Below are positions 53,608 through 63,984 of a stretch of 64,000 nucleotides of DNA, one piece after another. The position numbers and the translations under genes were made by a program. The DNA comes from an uncultured virus (IMG/VR IMGVR_UViG_3300024999_000085) (lineage: Duplodnaviria; Heunggongvirae; Uroviricota; Caudoviricetes). The stretch lies in the IMG/VR virus record IMGVR_UViG_3300024999_000085. One strand, given 5' to 3'. Position 1 is the first letter of the stretch. Each line of letters begins with the position of its first letter. The notes beneath the pieces are model-generated. The model saw only the letters and a program-made list of their open reading frames with translations. It was not told the origin of the DNA and did no database searches.

Positions 53608-54190
53608 AATGGTAACATGATACTAAATAACGCTGAGACAGAGTATAAATATAATAATTTTAGGGTCAATGTAGGCTAAAATTGATGTGAATTATACATT
53701 TATGCATGTATAATAGAGTGAATATGTATAATTATACTGAATATTGGTAGGAATTGGAATGAGTGTGACTTGTACCTATGATTATATAAGGGTTTTTTAT
53801 GTGTCGTCAGAATGCCCATGAATGGCTGTATAAAATATTCAGTGTGTATTTGTACCTTGAGGAAATAGAGGAAGGATTGAGGTAAATTGATGATTAGAGA
53901 AGGAGAAATTGAGGAATGAATGGATTGGTGATATTTGGATGATACCAAGATGATGTTAAATTTTTAGTGGTGGATGGTAGCATGATAAGTAATAGGTTGG
54001 TAGCATAAACGGTATCATGATGTTAATATTAATGGTAACAAGATATTTTGTTGCTACTATTATTTATGGTAATATAATAGGTAACATACTGGTAATAGAA
54101 AAATATATTAATATTAATATAGACATTTTTACTGCGGTAGCAAGTAAAAATTCAAAGGTTGTCGACTAGACTATATTTAATGGTAACAAT
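53608..54190 (+). repeat. dispersed GGTA(A/G/T)CA motif array 1
   Basis: copies near 53611, 53976, 53999, 54011, 54034, 54080, 54136, 54182. Confidence 0.55.
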
Positions 54191-54335
54191 GAGAAAAGAA
54201 AAATAAAAAAGTTGAACATTTAAACGGCATATAAAGTCGGATATTTTACTAGTAGAAATTTATCATAGTGTGATAGCATGAGCCGTATTATATATTTATA
54301 TATCCTTATAAATGTTCAATTTTTATTTTACTAAT

Positions 54336-55373
54336 TTATATTTTTAACAATGTTCCTGATAGTTCAAATTGTGCATCTAAATAGGTATCATCTAACTTAA
54401 AAAACTTTTTCAATGCTAAACTATTTGCTACTCCTAATATACTTTTTAAATACTCTTCAACTTGCTCATTATAATTATTTATACTCTTATCTAAATTATA
54501 TCTTGCTTGCTCATTTACAGCAGTTATTATTTTATCATTTAGTAAATACTTTTGCATGGTTAACTCAGCTTGCTCTAGTGCTTCAATGATATATTTATGA
54601 GTGAATAATATTTTTATATCAGTGTAAACATAGTTAATATTATAATACTCTTTTAATAGATCATTTACCCTATTATAAAAGTCTTCATGCTTAAATTTTA
54701 GGTGTACTAATGTAATACTATCTATATTCATTTCATTAAGAACAATCTTTTTAATATTATCTATGTTTTTCTTTTCTTCAATGGTAGCAATCCTGGTAAC
54801 AGTATATAATATTTTACTATCTATTGCTACTTCTGAAATGTTAATTATGGTTAGTTCTTCATAGTCAATCATACACCTATTTTTTAGATTCCTAAGAGTA
54901 TCAAATATTATTTTTCTTAGCTTTTGATAGGTGCGTTGGTAGAAATGATTAATCTGGTAATCTGTGATATATTCATTACTCTTTTTTAGTTTTTCTTTAT
55001 CCTCTTTTATATATTCATTATTTATCATACCCATTAATAGATATAACTTTTTTAATGTTAATGTAGCTTTATATCCTGGTTGTTTTAACAAATAATCTAG
55101 TAATAATAATTCAATATGTTGAACATAGATAGAATTATTACCAAGTGATCTTTTATCATCATTTTTCATTGGTTCATCGTACACTTCTATTATAATATAT
55201 TTCTGTTTATCCTTTTCAAAATTAAAGTATCTGAGCCAGTTCTTTTCCTGTGCTTTTTTACTATTACCTGTTTTTACTTCTTCATTAAGTAAAATACACA
55301 TTAATTTATAATTTTTTACTGTTAAGCCTACATATAAACTATTTTTAACTATATTATATAATTTATCATTCAA
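54336..55373 (-). CDS. conserved phage/plasmid protein, putative replication initiator
   Basis: KNYKLMCILLNEEVKTGNSKKAQEKNWLRYF N-terminus; long repeat-rich non-coding region downstream. Confidence 0.5.
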   Translation of the reverse strand: MNDKLYNIVKNSLYVGLTVKNYKLMCILLNEEVKTGNSKKAQEKNWLRYFNFEKDKQKYIIIEVYDEPMKNDDKRSLGNNSIYVQHIELLLLDYLLKQPGYKATLTLKKLYLLMGMINNEYIKEDKEKLKKSNEYITDYQINHFYQRTYQKLRKIIFDTLRNLKNRCMIDYEELTIINISEVAIDSKILYTVTRIATIEEKKNIDNIKKIVLNEMNIDSITLVHLKFKHEDFYNRVNDLLKEYYNINYVYTDIKILFTHKYIIEALEQAELTMQKYLLNDKIITAVNEQARYNLDKSINNYNEQVEEYLKSILGVANSLALKKFFKLDDTYLDAQFELSGTLLKI

Positions 55374-55675
55374 TAATTATTTTCTCCTTTTCTTATTTTT
55401 ACATTTCTTTTTTTTGCTTGTTCTTCTTGTCTCTGTCTATCGAATGCATCAATCATATTACAGATACCTTGATAATAAATTTCTAAAACTAATTTATCTT
55501 TTGTGGTCTCTATAACTGTCATAGGTTCATTATCTCCCATATATTGCAATAAATGGAAAAATACTTCGTCAACTGGCTTACCATTTTTCATTTTATAGGG
55601 TATTTGTAAACTTTCTCCTTTTTCATCTCTTACAGTTTTTAATATCTCGATAAATTGTTTTGGTGCATTTTTCAT
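55370..55675 (-). CDS. hypothetical protein
   Basis: RBS, coupled to 54336..55373. Confidence 0.7.
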   Translation of the reverse strand: MKNAPKQFIEILKTVRDEKGESLQIPYKMKNGKPVDEVFFHLLQYMGDNEPMTVIETTKDKLVLEIYYQGICNMIDAFDRQRQEEQAKKRNVKIRKGENNY

Positions 55676-56071
55676 AATAAGTTATCTCCTTTTAATTTTA
55701 AATTTAGTTTAATTGATTAGATTATTATTTTCTTTCTCCTACATATTATTTATACAATTCTTACATTAAAACTATTGACATTTAGCAAAATATTTATATC
55801 TATTTTTCTGCCCTCCTTTCTGATTTAATTTTTTGATTTGTTGTTGATGAATTGATAGATTTTTGATAGATTGTATATATAATAGTGTCGGTAAACTTTA
55901 TTATAACATTTATGAGGTGGAATGTAAAGAGTTATTTTGTGGGAATTTATGGTAGTTTGGATTATGGGTTGCTGTTATGGGATTATATGGAAGGTGGTTT
56001 TTGGTGATCTGTTATAGAGGATTTGGATATATTTAGGGATTTAAAAATGGACAAAAAATAAAGAGTAGCTT

Positions 56072-56542
56072 TTACACTACTCTTATTAATTCCCATTGTT
56101 TGGCTATCTCAGGATTAAGTATAATATCTGTTATTACCATATTACCGTTATCAGTATAAATATGGATATTTTTAGTATTAATTTGTATATGCCTTTTATT
56201 GGTGGAATAGTAAAGTTCTGGATATGTTTTCCCTGGTATAGTTTTAATCAATGTACCATTTTCCATTGCTTCACATGAGGCTATAAGCTCATAACCAGCA
56301 ATTATTGGAGATATACCAGATAATTTAATTTGGTGGTAAGTTGTTGTTATGTCATGGTAAAAATAGTAATCATTCATGTCCTGGGAATTTGATACTGGGG
56401 TTTTTTCAAAAGTACTAATAGTTTCTAGTGTTATTGGAGCACAATTTAATTTTAAGGCTTTACGGTTAAGTTTTTTGATTTTTTGCTCTAAGGTTTCAAG
56501 GTTACAAGCTGGTATTTCAAAAGTATTGGTTATTTGTTCCAT
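56072..56542 (-). CDS. phage protein, probably truncated or fused
   Basis: NLETLEQKIKKLNRKALKL N-terminus resembles a normally longer phage family. Confidence 0.6.
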   Translation of the reverse strand: MEQITNTFEIPACNLETLEQKIKKLNRKALKLNCAPITLETISTFEKTPVSNSQDMNDYYFYHDITTTYHQIKLSGISPIIAGYELIASCEAMENGTLIKTIPGKTYPELYYSTNKRHIQINTKNIHIYTDNGNMVITDIILNPEIAKQWELIRVV

Positions 56543-56696
56543 TTGGTTAACCTCCTTATATTTGGTTGATATTGTTATATTATGTAAAAATACCTTTAGA
56601 TTACATATTGCCGGGTGATTGGTGGTGAGTTGTTATAGGGATTTTTGGCAATATGCAAATTAAAGATATCTCTGTAAAAGTGAGAATTAATTATAT

Positions 56697-57857
56697 TTAA
56701 TCTGTTATAATTTTTCTTATTTTGGAATACTCAATAAATTCAGTATAACCTTTTTCTGAGGCTATTTCAACTAAGTTATTCCAAGTTAATTTTAATGTAT
56801 CTTGTAAACTAATGGTAGGTATCAACTCAGTAAGTAAATGTGTAAATTGTAAAGATGCTTTGAAAGTTTCAATTTTTAACGTACCGCGAAAAATTCTAAT
56901 TTCTACAGTATCATCATTTTTTAAGTTAACGGCAAAATATCGGCCCTCAGCCTTAGCCTTTTTACAGATCTCAGCAGGTTCTTCCTCTGTTGATAAATTG
57001 TTATAACGGTTACAATATTCTACAATTTGACTATTTTTTCTTCTGGAAAACTTTTTAATGTTATCCCAATTAGTCTCAAAAAATAATAATAGTTTAGCAA
57101 TATTTAAATCCTGCTCATGTTCTGATTTGCCAAAAGCTAACTTGCTAATGTGTATATGCATCCCACAAGTGCCTAAGTCATGGCTAGAATAGCCTTTTGT
57201 ATCGCATTCATCCAATATATATTGCCATCCCATATTTTTCATATGGTAAGAATATGTACAAGGATGACTAACTAATTCCATACCGCGCTTAATTGAACCA
57301 TCTTTTTTAATGTAAAGGTATTTTTCATACTCGGTAAGGTCAGTCCCGTTGGCTTGATCATGAATTTCTAAAGCATGATCTTCCTTAGATTCATAACAAT
57401 CACGTTCCTGTTCTTCTGTTCTGTCAATTTCTAACTCTATTCCATAATATGTATTTGTTACTTCATTAGTCATAGAATGGAAATTTAAGGTTTCTGGTGT
57501 ATATTTATAGTCGTGAATAAAGGTTAGATTATTTTTAATGTCATTTTGACAACTACAACAAACTGGTTCATTCTGCCATATTTCAGTGTTATCACGTTCT
57601 ACAATATTTTCGCATTCGGAACAAATTATTAAATCTAATTCCTCAATGCAGTTATGACAAGCATAATTATTATGTCCTTCTGTTATATTACTTTCGTGAT
57701 ACTCAGTATTACAAAAACTACAAGTTTTAATTTCCTGTGCGCACTCATCGCAATAATATTCATCCTCTGTAAAATTTCCATCTCGTTGGTACATATTGTC
57801 AGATATATCAGTAAAACCACAATGGAAACAACTTACTAATTCTTCCTGTTCTGGCAT
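56697..57857 (-). CDS. putative amidoligase (COOH-NH2 ligase) with N-terminal CxxC repeats
   Basis: YGIELEI, KDGSI..GMELVSHP, TCGMHIHIS, RYFAVN, TVEIRIFRGT. Confidence 0.85.
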   Translation of the reverse strand: MPEQEELVSCFHCGFTDISDNMYQRDGNFTEDEYYCDECAQEIKTCSFCNTEYHESNITEGHNNYACHNCIEELDLIICSECENIVERDNTEIWQNEPVCCSCQNDIKNNLTFIHDYKYTPETLNFHSMTNEVTNTYYGIELEIDRTEEQERDCYESKEDHALEIHDQANGTDLTEYEKYLYIKKDGSIKRGMELVSHPCTYSYHMKNMGWQYILDECDTKGYSSHDLGTCGMHIHISKLAFGKSEHEQDLNIAKLLLFFETNWDNIKKFSRRKNSQIVEYCNRYNNLSTEEEPAEICKKAKAEGRYFAVNLKNDDTVEIRIFRGTLKIETFKASLQFTHLLTELIPTISLQDTLKLTWNNLVEIASEKGYTEFIEYSKIRKIITD

Positions 57858-58010
57858 TGTAAAACCTCCTTCTTGTTATATTTATAATTTGTAGTATGTT
57901 TAAAAATTATGCAAAAAATTAAAACTTCTTATAAAATCCTTCTTTTGTTATATGTTGTTTGTTGGGAGTGTTAAGAAGGACTTTATAAGAGGTTTTTAGC
58001 CTCTTAATAG

Positions 58011-58199
58011 TTATAAGCTAGTTTTGCAATATTTACAATTAATATCTTTTTCAGTATGCCACATTCCACAATTTGGGCAAAATACTACTTTTTTGTAGCA
58101 ATCTCCACAAATGATATTATTTGTATAAGGTGACTCTGCAATCAAACTGTCAATATCGCGCTCATTATTGCATTTAGGACAGATAAAAAATTTTTCCAT
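58011..58199 (-). CDS. double Zn-ribbon small protein
   Basis: four CxxC motifs. Confidence 0.75.
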   Translation of the reverse strand: MEKFFICPKCNNERDIDSLIAESPYTNNIICGDCYKKVVFCPNCGMWHTEKDINCKYCKTSL

Positions 58200-58324
58200 T
58201 TATATGCATCTCCTTTTTATAGTTTTATTATATTATAGGTTAAACCTCTTGTAAAACACCTGTTATTCTTATAGATGCTTTACAAGGGATTTAATTTAAT
58301 ACCCTTGTTTTGGTTGGTGTTATG

Positions 58325-58651
58325 CTATTTATAATATTTTGTAGGCTCAGTACTATAATAATATATATGCCATTTTTTATACATTTCATTGCTCATGTCC
58401 TTAAGTTTAAAATTGTTAGGATAAGAGTAAGGAACAAATAAACCAAATTTAATATAATCTTCATTTGTTAAATAATACTGTCTTTTCTTATACTTAATAT
58501 AGCGTGAATCAGCTACGCCACCAGTATCACTTTTTTCTTCAGTCCATATTTTGCACTTTTGACCTTTTATTGTTGCGTGAGTGTCTGTTAGGTTATCAAG
58601 TTCAATGCTTGCATCTTCCTTGTGATATATGCTTTTGTGTGAGAATGCCAT
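58325..58651 (-). CDS. hypothetical protein
   Basis: AGGAGG RBS. Confidence 0.75.
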   Translation of the reverse strand: MAFSHKSIYHKEDASIELDNLTDTHATIKGQKCKIWTEEKSDTGGVADSRYIKYKKRQYYLTNEDYIKFGLFVPYSYPNNFKLKDMSNEMYKKWHIYYYSTEPTKYYK

Positions 58652-58768
58652 AATGTTACCTCCTGTTATGTAATTGTTATATGGTTAAATCCTTTATAAA
58701 ATCCCTGTTATCAAGTGTTATACTGTTATTACTATTCAGGGACTTTATAAGGGATTTGATACCCTTAT

Positions 58769-59092
58769 TTACTGCCATATTCCTTCTACTGCTTCTTGAA
58801 TCAACTCTTTAGCTGCTTTTAAGGTTTTTACTTCACCCATGATTACTTTATAACTACTATAAATACAATCTAGTGAAATTATACCGTATTCCTGTACATA
58901 ATCGTTAGCTCTTTTATACATCATGGGAATGTATTTATTATTTTGTTTTAAAATGATATACTCAGGTACTTCTATGTTAAAAACTTCATCCCCTATTACG
59001 CATACTTCACGAACAATTATTTTAGTGTTACTAGTATATGTTATTCCAAAGGTTAAAGGTTGTTTAGTCATTGTTACTGTCGTTTTGGTCAT
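58769..59092 (-). CDS. hypothetical protein
   Basis: AGGAGG RBS. Confidence 0.75.
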   Translation of the reverse strand: MTKTTVTMTKQPLTFGITYTSNTKIIVREVCVIGDEVFNIEVPEYIILKQNNKYIPMMYKRANDYVQEYGIISLDCIYSSYKVIMGEVKTLKAAKELIQEAVEGIWQ

Positions 59093-59588
59093 TGTGTTGA
59101 CCTCCTATTAAAATTATATAGATCTTCCCTTCCCTAAAGTATAACAGAATGTAGATTGATTGTATATAGATTTTAGGTAAATATTTTAAGAAAATTATAT
59201 TTATTTTCTATTAGTTGTATCGTGTTAATTAGTGCTGAATAGGTTTATATATTGTTAGGATTGGATTTAAGGGTAGTTTGTTTGATTTAGGTATTAGATT
59301 ACCTATTTTATTTTTAAAGTGTTTATGTGGGGTTTATATGAAGGTGTACTAGTTTATTAATACAGTGTGTCAGTGATGGTGTAAATAAGTATATGATAGT
59401 TTAATAATATTGTTTTAATTGGATTGGTGTATAAATTGCAGGAATAGGCTTTATTCGTGTTAGGATTAGATATAAGATGTTTTATTATGATTTAGGTATA
59501 ATATGAAGTGTTAGAGATGAATTAAGATTGTTTGGTATTTGATTATGTGTTTATGTATTGGGTATCTAGTAGCAAGGAATAAATATAG

Positions 59589-59795
59589 TGGTAATAGGTT
59601 GGTATTGTGTATTGATAATATAGATAGTATATCAGATAGCATATAGGTATTATATATTTAGTAGTATGATATGTTAAAAGTGGTAACAAGGTTAGTAATA
59701 TTGTTAGTAGTATTGTGGTAATATGATACTGATATAAACGGTAGCATAGTATGGTAGCATAGAAGTAATATTATATAGTGTGATATGGTAGCATT
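59589..59795 (+). repeat. dispersed GGTA(A/G)(C/T)A motif array 2
   Basis: copies near 59590, 59682, 59717, 59740, 59753, 59787. Confidence 0.5.
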
Positions 59796-60369
59796 GTATA
59801 GTATATAGTATATGTATATAGATAGTATAGCTTTGTTTGGAGTGTTGTATAGTTGTTAGTGTATTTATATGTGTTAGTGATGCTTAGTGTTAGCTGTAGC
59901 TGTGGTGGTATGTATAGATAGATTGTATAGAGGTTATAGAGGTTATAGATTGTATAGAGGTTATATTATAGGTGTATTAGGTAGATAGTACACTTATAAA
60001 TATGTGGTGTATAGTGTTAGATAGTATAGATATAGATATTATAGATATATTGCTAGTATGTTTATGTATTTTATAGATAGTATTATAATTTGTTTATGGT
60101 ATTGGTATTATTTTATATGTGGTTTGTAATCCCAATTTTGATGTATAATTTATATGTAAAGTGGGGAGTTGATGGTTAAATTGTGAGGAATTTAGGGTTA
60201 AAGTGGGGAAAATATCTATATCGTAATATTGAGATATATGGATATATAGATATATAGATAAGAAATGTTCTTTGTTAGGAAATTTTACTAGATAGGAATG
60301 ATTCTTATTTAGGATTTATTCTTAGGTGTGATTTATTATTATTTAATATGGCTGGTTGATGGTTGGTTA

Positions 60370-60552
60370 GATAGTTAATATGATTAATAGTTAAGCAGGT
60401 TAATAGTTAACTATGTAAAGTATTTTTTTAAAGTAGATAGTTTGATTATACAATATAGTTAAGTATGTTAATTGTTTAAATAGTTAATTATTAAGTAGGT
60501 AAATAGTTAAGGTAATAAATAGTTAAGTAGGTTAAGTATATTAATAGTTCAA
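60370..60552 (+). repeat. ATAGTTAA motif array
   Basis: about 8-9 copies of ATAGTT(A/C/T) in roughly 180 bp. Confidence 0.7.
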
Positions 60553-60612
60553 CAAAAAATTTCTTGTTATAACTTTCGATGGACTGACAAGGCAAAATAC
60601 TTGACAGTCAAG

Positions 60613-60628
60613 TGTTCCACGTGGAACA
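60613..60628. promoter_or_regulatory. parS site
   Basis: perfect TGTTCCACGTGGAACA; half-sites follow at 60649-60666. Confidence 0.85.
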
Positions 60629-61001
60629 TAAAAATTATAATTATAGTTTGTTCCACATGTTCCACAGGTTTTATATTTTTCTATAGGTACGATAAATTTT
60701 ATTAATCCGGTGGTCATAGCTTCACCTGTGGCGATACATCTATAGTTTATAGTTTACCTATACTATCTATTCATCTATCAAAATAATCCGATATATAACC
60801 TCTATTCTATTTCTTAGGTTATATTATACCTAATTAAATTTTACTCTTCAAATAGAGGCTATATTTCAATCAAAATTTAGCGTTCTAATTGAGCTTTAAT
60901 ATGTTTAATTAATTAACACCAGTCAAACAGACTATTCACCTACACATCATACACAACAAACAACCTAACAATTCCCTATAATACCACAATTTACCATAAT
61001 A

Positions 61002-61029
61002 ACTTCGCATAAGGTTTATTATGTGGAGA
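61002..61029 (+). other. dif-like XerC/XerD site
   Basis: ACTTCGCATAA-GGTTTA-TTATGTGGAGA, 11-6-11 architecture. Confidence 0.7.
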
Positions 61030-61074
61030 GATTCAAAGGAGATGGGGGCAGGACGGGGCATGGTTTACAAAAAT

Positions 61075-61093
61075 GATAGTGATTATCATTATC
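61075..61093. promoter_or_regulatory. Fur box
   Basis: minus strand GATAATGATAATCACTATC, 18/19 match to the classical consensus. Confidence 0.65.
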
Positions 61094-61559
61094 ATATGCC
61101 ACCACATCTATTATCCACTTAGACCTTAGTAGTAAAACGATGCGACTCTCGCATATTAATCGTATAACCATACAAATAATAAATATTTCTATAATATATA
61201 ATCCTTATTCCAATCTCACTCCATTCTTATACAATACTATCCCAATTATAATTAAATCTACCGTATTCATTCTTCTTACTCTCTTCTATCTCCTTCCATG
61301 AATATCTTCTAAACACACTAATATCAATACGTTTATATCTTATCACATCCTATCACAAATAACCAATATTATTAATAATACATCAATTAAATCATACTCA
61401 AATCTTAATCAAATAACAACAAAATTATAAATATCGAATACTAATTTAATAATAAATTTTAAATTAATTTATAGTTATAAATTTGCTTAAAAAACATTAT
61501 ATAATGTACCTTATTATTAATTTTAAACCTTTCAAATAATATAACTAAATAAAATTACA

Positions 61560-61808
61560 TTAGTTAAATTTTTTAAAATTAACATTCTTATTCACATTTT
61601 CACCAAATAACATCCAACCTCTAACCCATATCCTTTCTATCTCATATATCCTCTCAATTTCTTCTCTAACAATAAATTCACTTAAAAAATCAAATAAGTC
61701 ATCTTTATCTTTTAATAATTCTTCATACTTAGTATCAATCACACAACTAAATTCTTTCAACAATATATTACAAAAATGTTCTCCTATATAAACTGTATAT
61801 ATTTTCAT
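61560..61808 (-). CDS. hypothetical protein
   Basis: 82 aa ORF, weak RBS. Confidence 0.5.
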   Translation of the reverse strand: MKIYTVYIGEHFCNILLKEFSCVIDTKYEELLKDKDDLFDFLSEFIVREEIERIYEIERIWVRGWMLFGENVNKNVNFKKFN

Positions 61809-61863
61809 TTTTTATATTTCTCATTTAATTTTATTATATTTTACTTTAGTTTTATATATTAAT

Positions 61864-62172
61864 CTACATATTCAATATCTCATCTATACTTTTATATTCA
61901 TAATCAAAATAAATCAATACAATTTCTATTCCCTTCTCCAAAACAAAATTATAATTAATCCATACTTCCAATATTTCATTATTAATAACAATCTCTAATG
62001 ATGCACCTTCTTTTATAAACTTATTACCTTCCCTCACATCATTTATATACTCTGCAAAATCAACAATATATTCTATACAATTATTAAAATCAATTTCACT
62101 TATCTCATAACCAACTCTACTGCTCAAATAATTTTTCATTTTTGATTTATTTAATAGTCTATAATTTATCAT
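61864..62172 (-). CDS. hypothetical protein
   Basis: AAGGAGTG RBS. Confidence 0.7.
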   Translation of the reverse strand: MINYRLLNKSKMKNYLSSRVGYEISEIDFNNCIEYIVDFAEYINDVREGNKFIKEGASLEIVINNEILEVWINYNFVLEKGIEIVLIYFDYEYKSIDEILNM

Positions 62173-62414
62173 ATTAATTTCACTCCTTATACTTTATTAT
62201 ATTTTTAATTTGTTGATATTAATCTACCCATAATATTAAACTTTATTCTTTAATTTATTCTTTGAATTTATTTACATTATAAAAACCAACCAACTTATCA
62301 AAATACAGTTTATCTACCTTAAATGCCTATTATACCTATTTTTATTAACATTAACATTCTAATTTAAACTTTAACAAAAAATAATCTCCCATTTAGAGAG
62401 ATTAAATAATTCAT

Positions 62415-62735
62415 CTATTTACAATGTATTCTTATAGAGGAGGTTGAATCCATTCTTCCATTACTATTCCTATCTCTATTTCCATTATCCCTATACACAT
62501 ATCCAAAATACCACAATAAACTTCCACTAAATACACCTAACCCATAACAAATAAAACTTATATATCTAAATAAATCACTTAATCCTAATATCCCAATTCC
62601 ATTCCTACTTCCCATATCTCCTATCATTAATCCACTTATAGAGAATAAAATTAAACATATTATCGCTGATCCATACATTATATTTTTCACATTAACATCA
62701 ATACTTGTCTTACTTACACTTTCTATATTCTCCAT
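62415..62735 (-). CDS. membrane protein
   Basis: two TM segments, AAGGA RBS, terminator downstream. Confidence 0.65.
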   Translation of the reverse strand: MENIESVSKTSIDVNVKNIMYGSAIICLILFSISGLMIGDMGSRNGIGILGLSDLFRYISFICYGLGVFSGSLLWYFGYVYRDNGNRDRNSNGRMDSTSSIRIHCK

Positions 62736-63273
62736 TTAAATTTATCCTTTCTATTACTATTCTATTTATTGTTTTATCTTGTATTTATCTTGTCCATTAA
62801 ATTTTAATCTATGCACATAATAATAAATATTTTTATTATTTCAATCAACTATCTAATTAATATTTTAATAACTTAATAATATAATTATTTGCCTAATTAT
62901 TTATCTTTCTATTTAATCATATATTTATCTAATTAACTATTCACGCAATAAATAATCTAATCAATCAACTAGCCATATGGGGCATATTAAACAATTTAAC
63001 AATCTACCCATCCCACCTATTACTTCACTCCCATCAAATCCAACCTAAAAAACTATACCACAGAAGTTTTCATACTTCTAACTTCTTACTCCTGAATCAC
63101 CTGATAAGTAATTAATAGTATTGGACAAACTAATTTATATCTTCTACAATATATATCCTTATATATATCCTAACTCATATTTTCTATCATATTGTATGAC
63201 ATATTGTACTATTTCATAATATATCTATACAACAATATTATAATGTACAACCAATAAATTTACAAAAAAAATA

Positions 63274-63984
63274 TCACAATCCTAAATATAATTTTATCTC
63301 ATCAACAGTTTTAACTATAAATTTAATTCCTAATTTCTTCTTTACACCATTATCAATATAATCATATTTGATATTATCTATCTCTACACTTCTTAAAACC
63401 TTCAACTTCTTATTCTCACTATTGCACACAATCAATATATTAGGGAATCTCTTAACTCTATCACACCAATATTCATTTAAATACAATTTATTTTTAAATA
63501 TATCATTATAATTAATAACTTTCATAAATTTATTATTGCTCTCAACTTTATCACTCTCAATAATATAATACTTATATTCATTTGTTACATAGTTAATAAA
63601 TCCTATAATACCGTCTGGTCTTTTACCACATTCCATAACATACTCTATCTCGATATCATTAAACTTATAATACTTATAGTTAATACTCACATATCTCAAC
63701 AAATAAATAAATCCCCAATTTCTATTTATATCATGTGAAATAAACCTATTATTCTTATACTTTTTATTTGTAAAATAAATATTACACTCATTTATATCTA
63801 ATCTAATATTATTAATTTTCCCTTTACCTTTCAATATCCTCAATCTCTCCCTACACTTAACTATTCCATATTTTATTGAAGAAAAAAACAACAAATAAAT
63901 TTGTAATGTTGTCAATACTCCAAACTCCTCTATTATATCAATTATACACTTATCTCGGTAATAACCTTTTTGTCTCGTTGTCAT
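63274..63984 (-). CDS. replication-relaxation (Replic_Relax) family protein
   Basis: N-terminal wHTH (VLTTLQIY...RERLRIL), SHD, RPDG, IESD, FPNILIV. Confidence 0.75.
   Translation of the reverse strand: MTTRQKGYYRDKCIIDIIEEFGVLTTLQIYLLFFSSIKYGIVKCRERLRILKGKGKINNIRLDINECNIYFTNKKYKNNRFISHDINRNWGFIYLLRYVSINYKYYKFNDIEIEYVMECGKRPDGIIGFINYVTNEYKYYIIESDKVESNNKFMKVINYNDIFKNKLYLNEYWCDRVKRFPNILIVCNSENKKLKVLRSVEIDNIKYDYIDNGVKKKLGIKFIVKTVDEIKLYLGL

Larger units (their letters stand above)
57921..58766 (-). repeat. three related intergenic long hairpins
   Basis: 57921-58005, 58239-58306 and 58686-58766 share TTRTAAAA...CTTTAYAAG(A/G)G plus a small adjacent hairpin. Confidence 0.7.

Noticed and set aside
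53700..53948. 82-aa minus ORF
   Set aside because: No RBS; composition reflects local skew in a repeat-rich non-coding tract
28000..59100. Conjugative leading region with oriT near 60-63 kb
   Set aside because: Leading-region genes usually point toward oriT and these point away; no T4SS genes are visible. Not fully excluded
3902..59111. Plus-strand ORFs in the ORF track and nested minus ORFs (713..1060, 31141..31332, 43119..43388)
   Set aside because: They are antisense or alternate-frame shadows of RBS-supported genes or span intergenic DNA, with no RBS or motifs
59921..59965. GATTGTATAGAGGTTATA tandem repeat as a CRISPR array
   Set aside because: Short slippage-type duplication without spacers; no cas genes
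61111..61119. DnaA box
   Set aside because: Single 8/9 match (TTATCCACT) with no cluster
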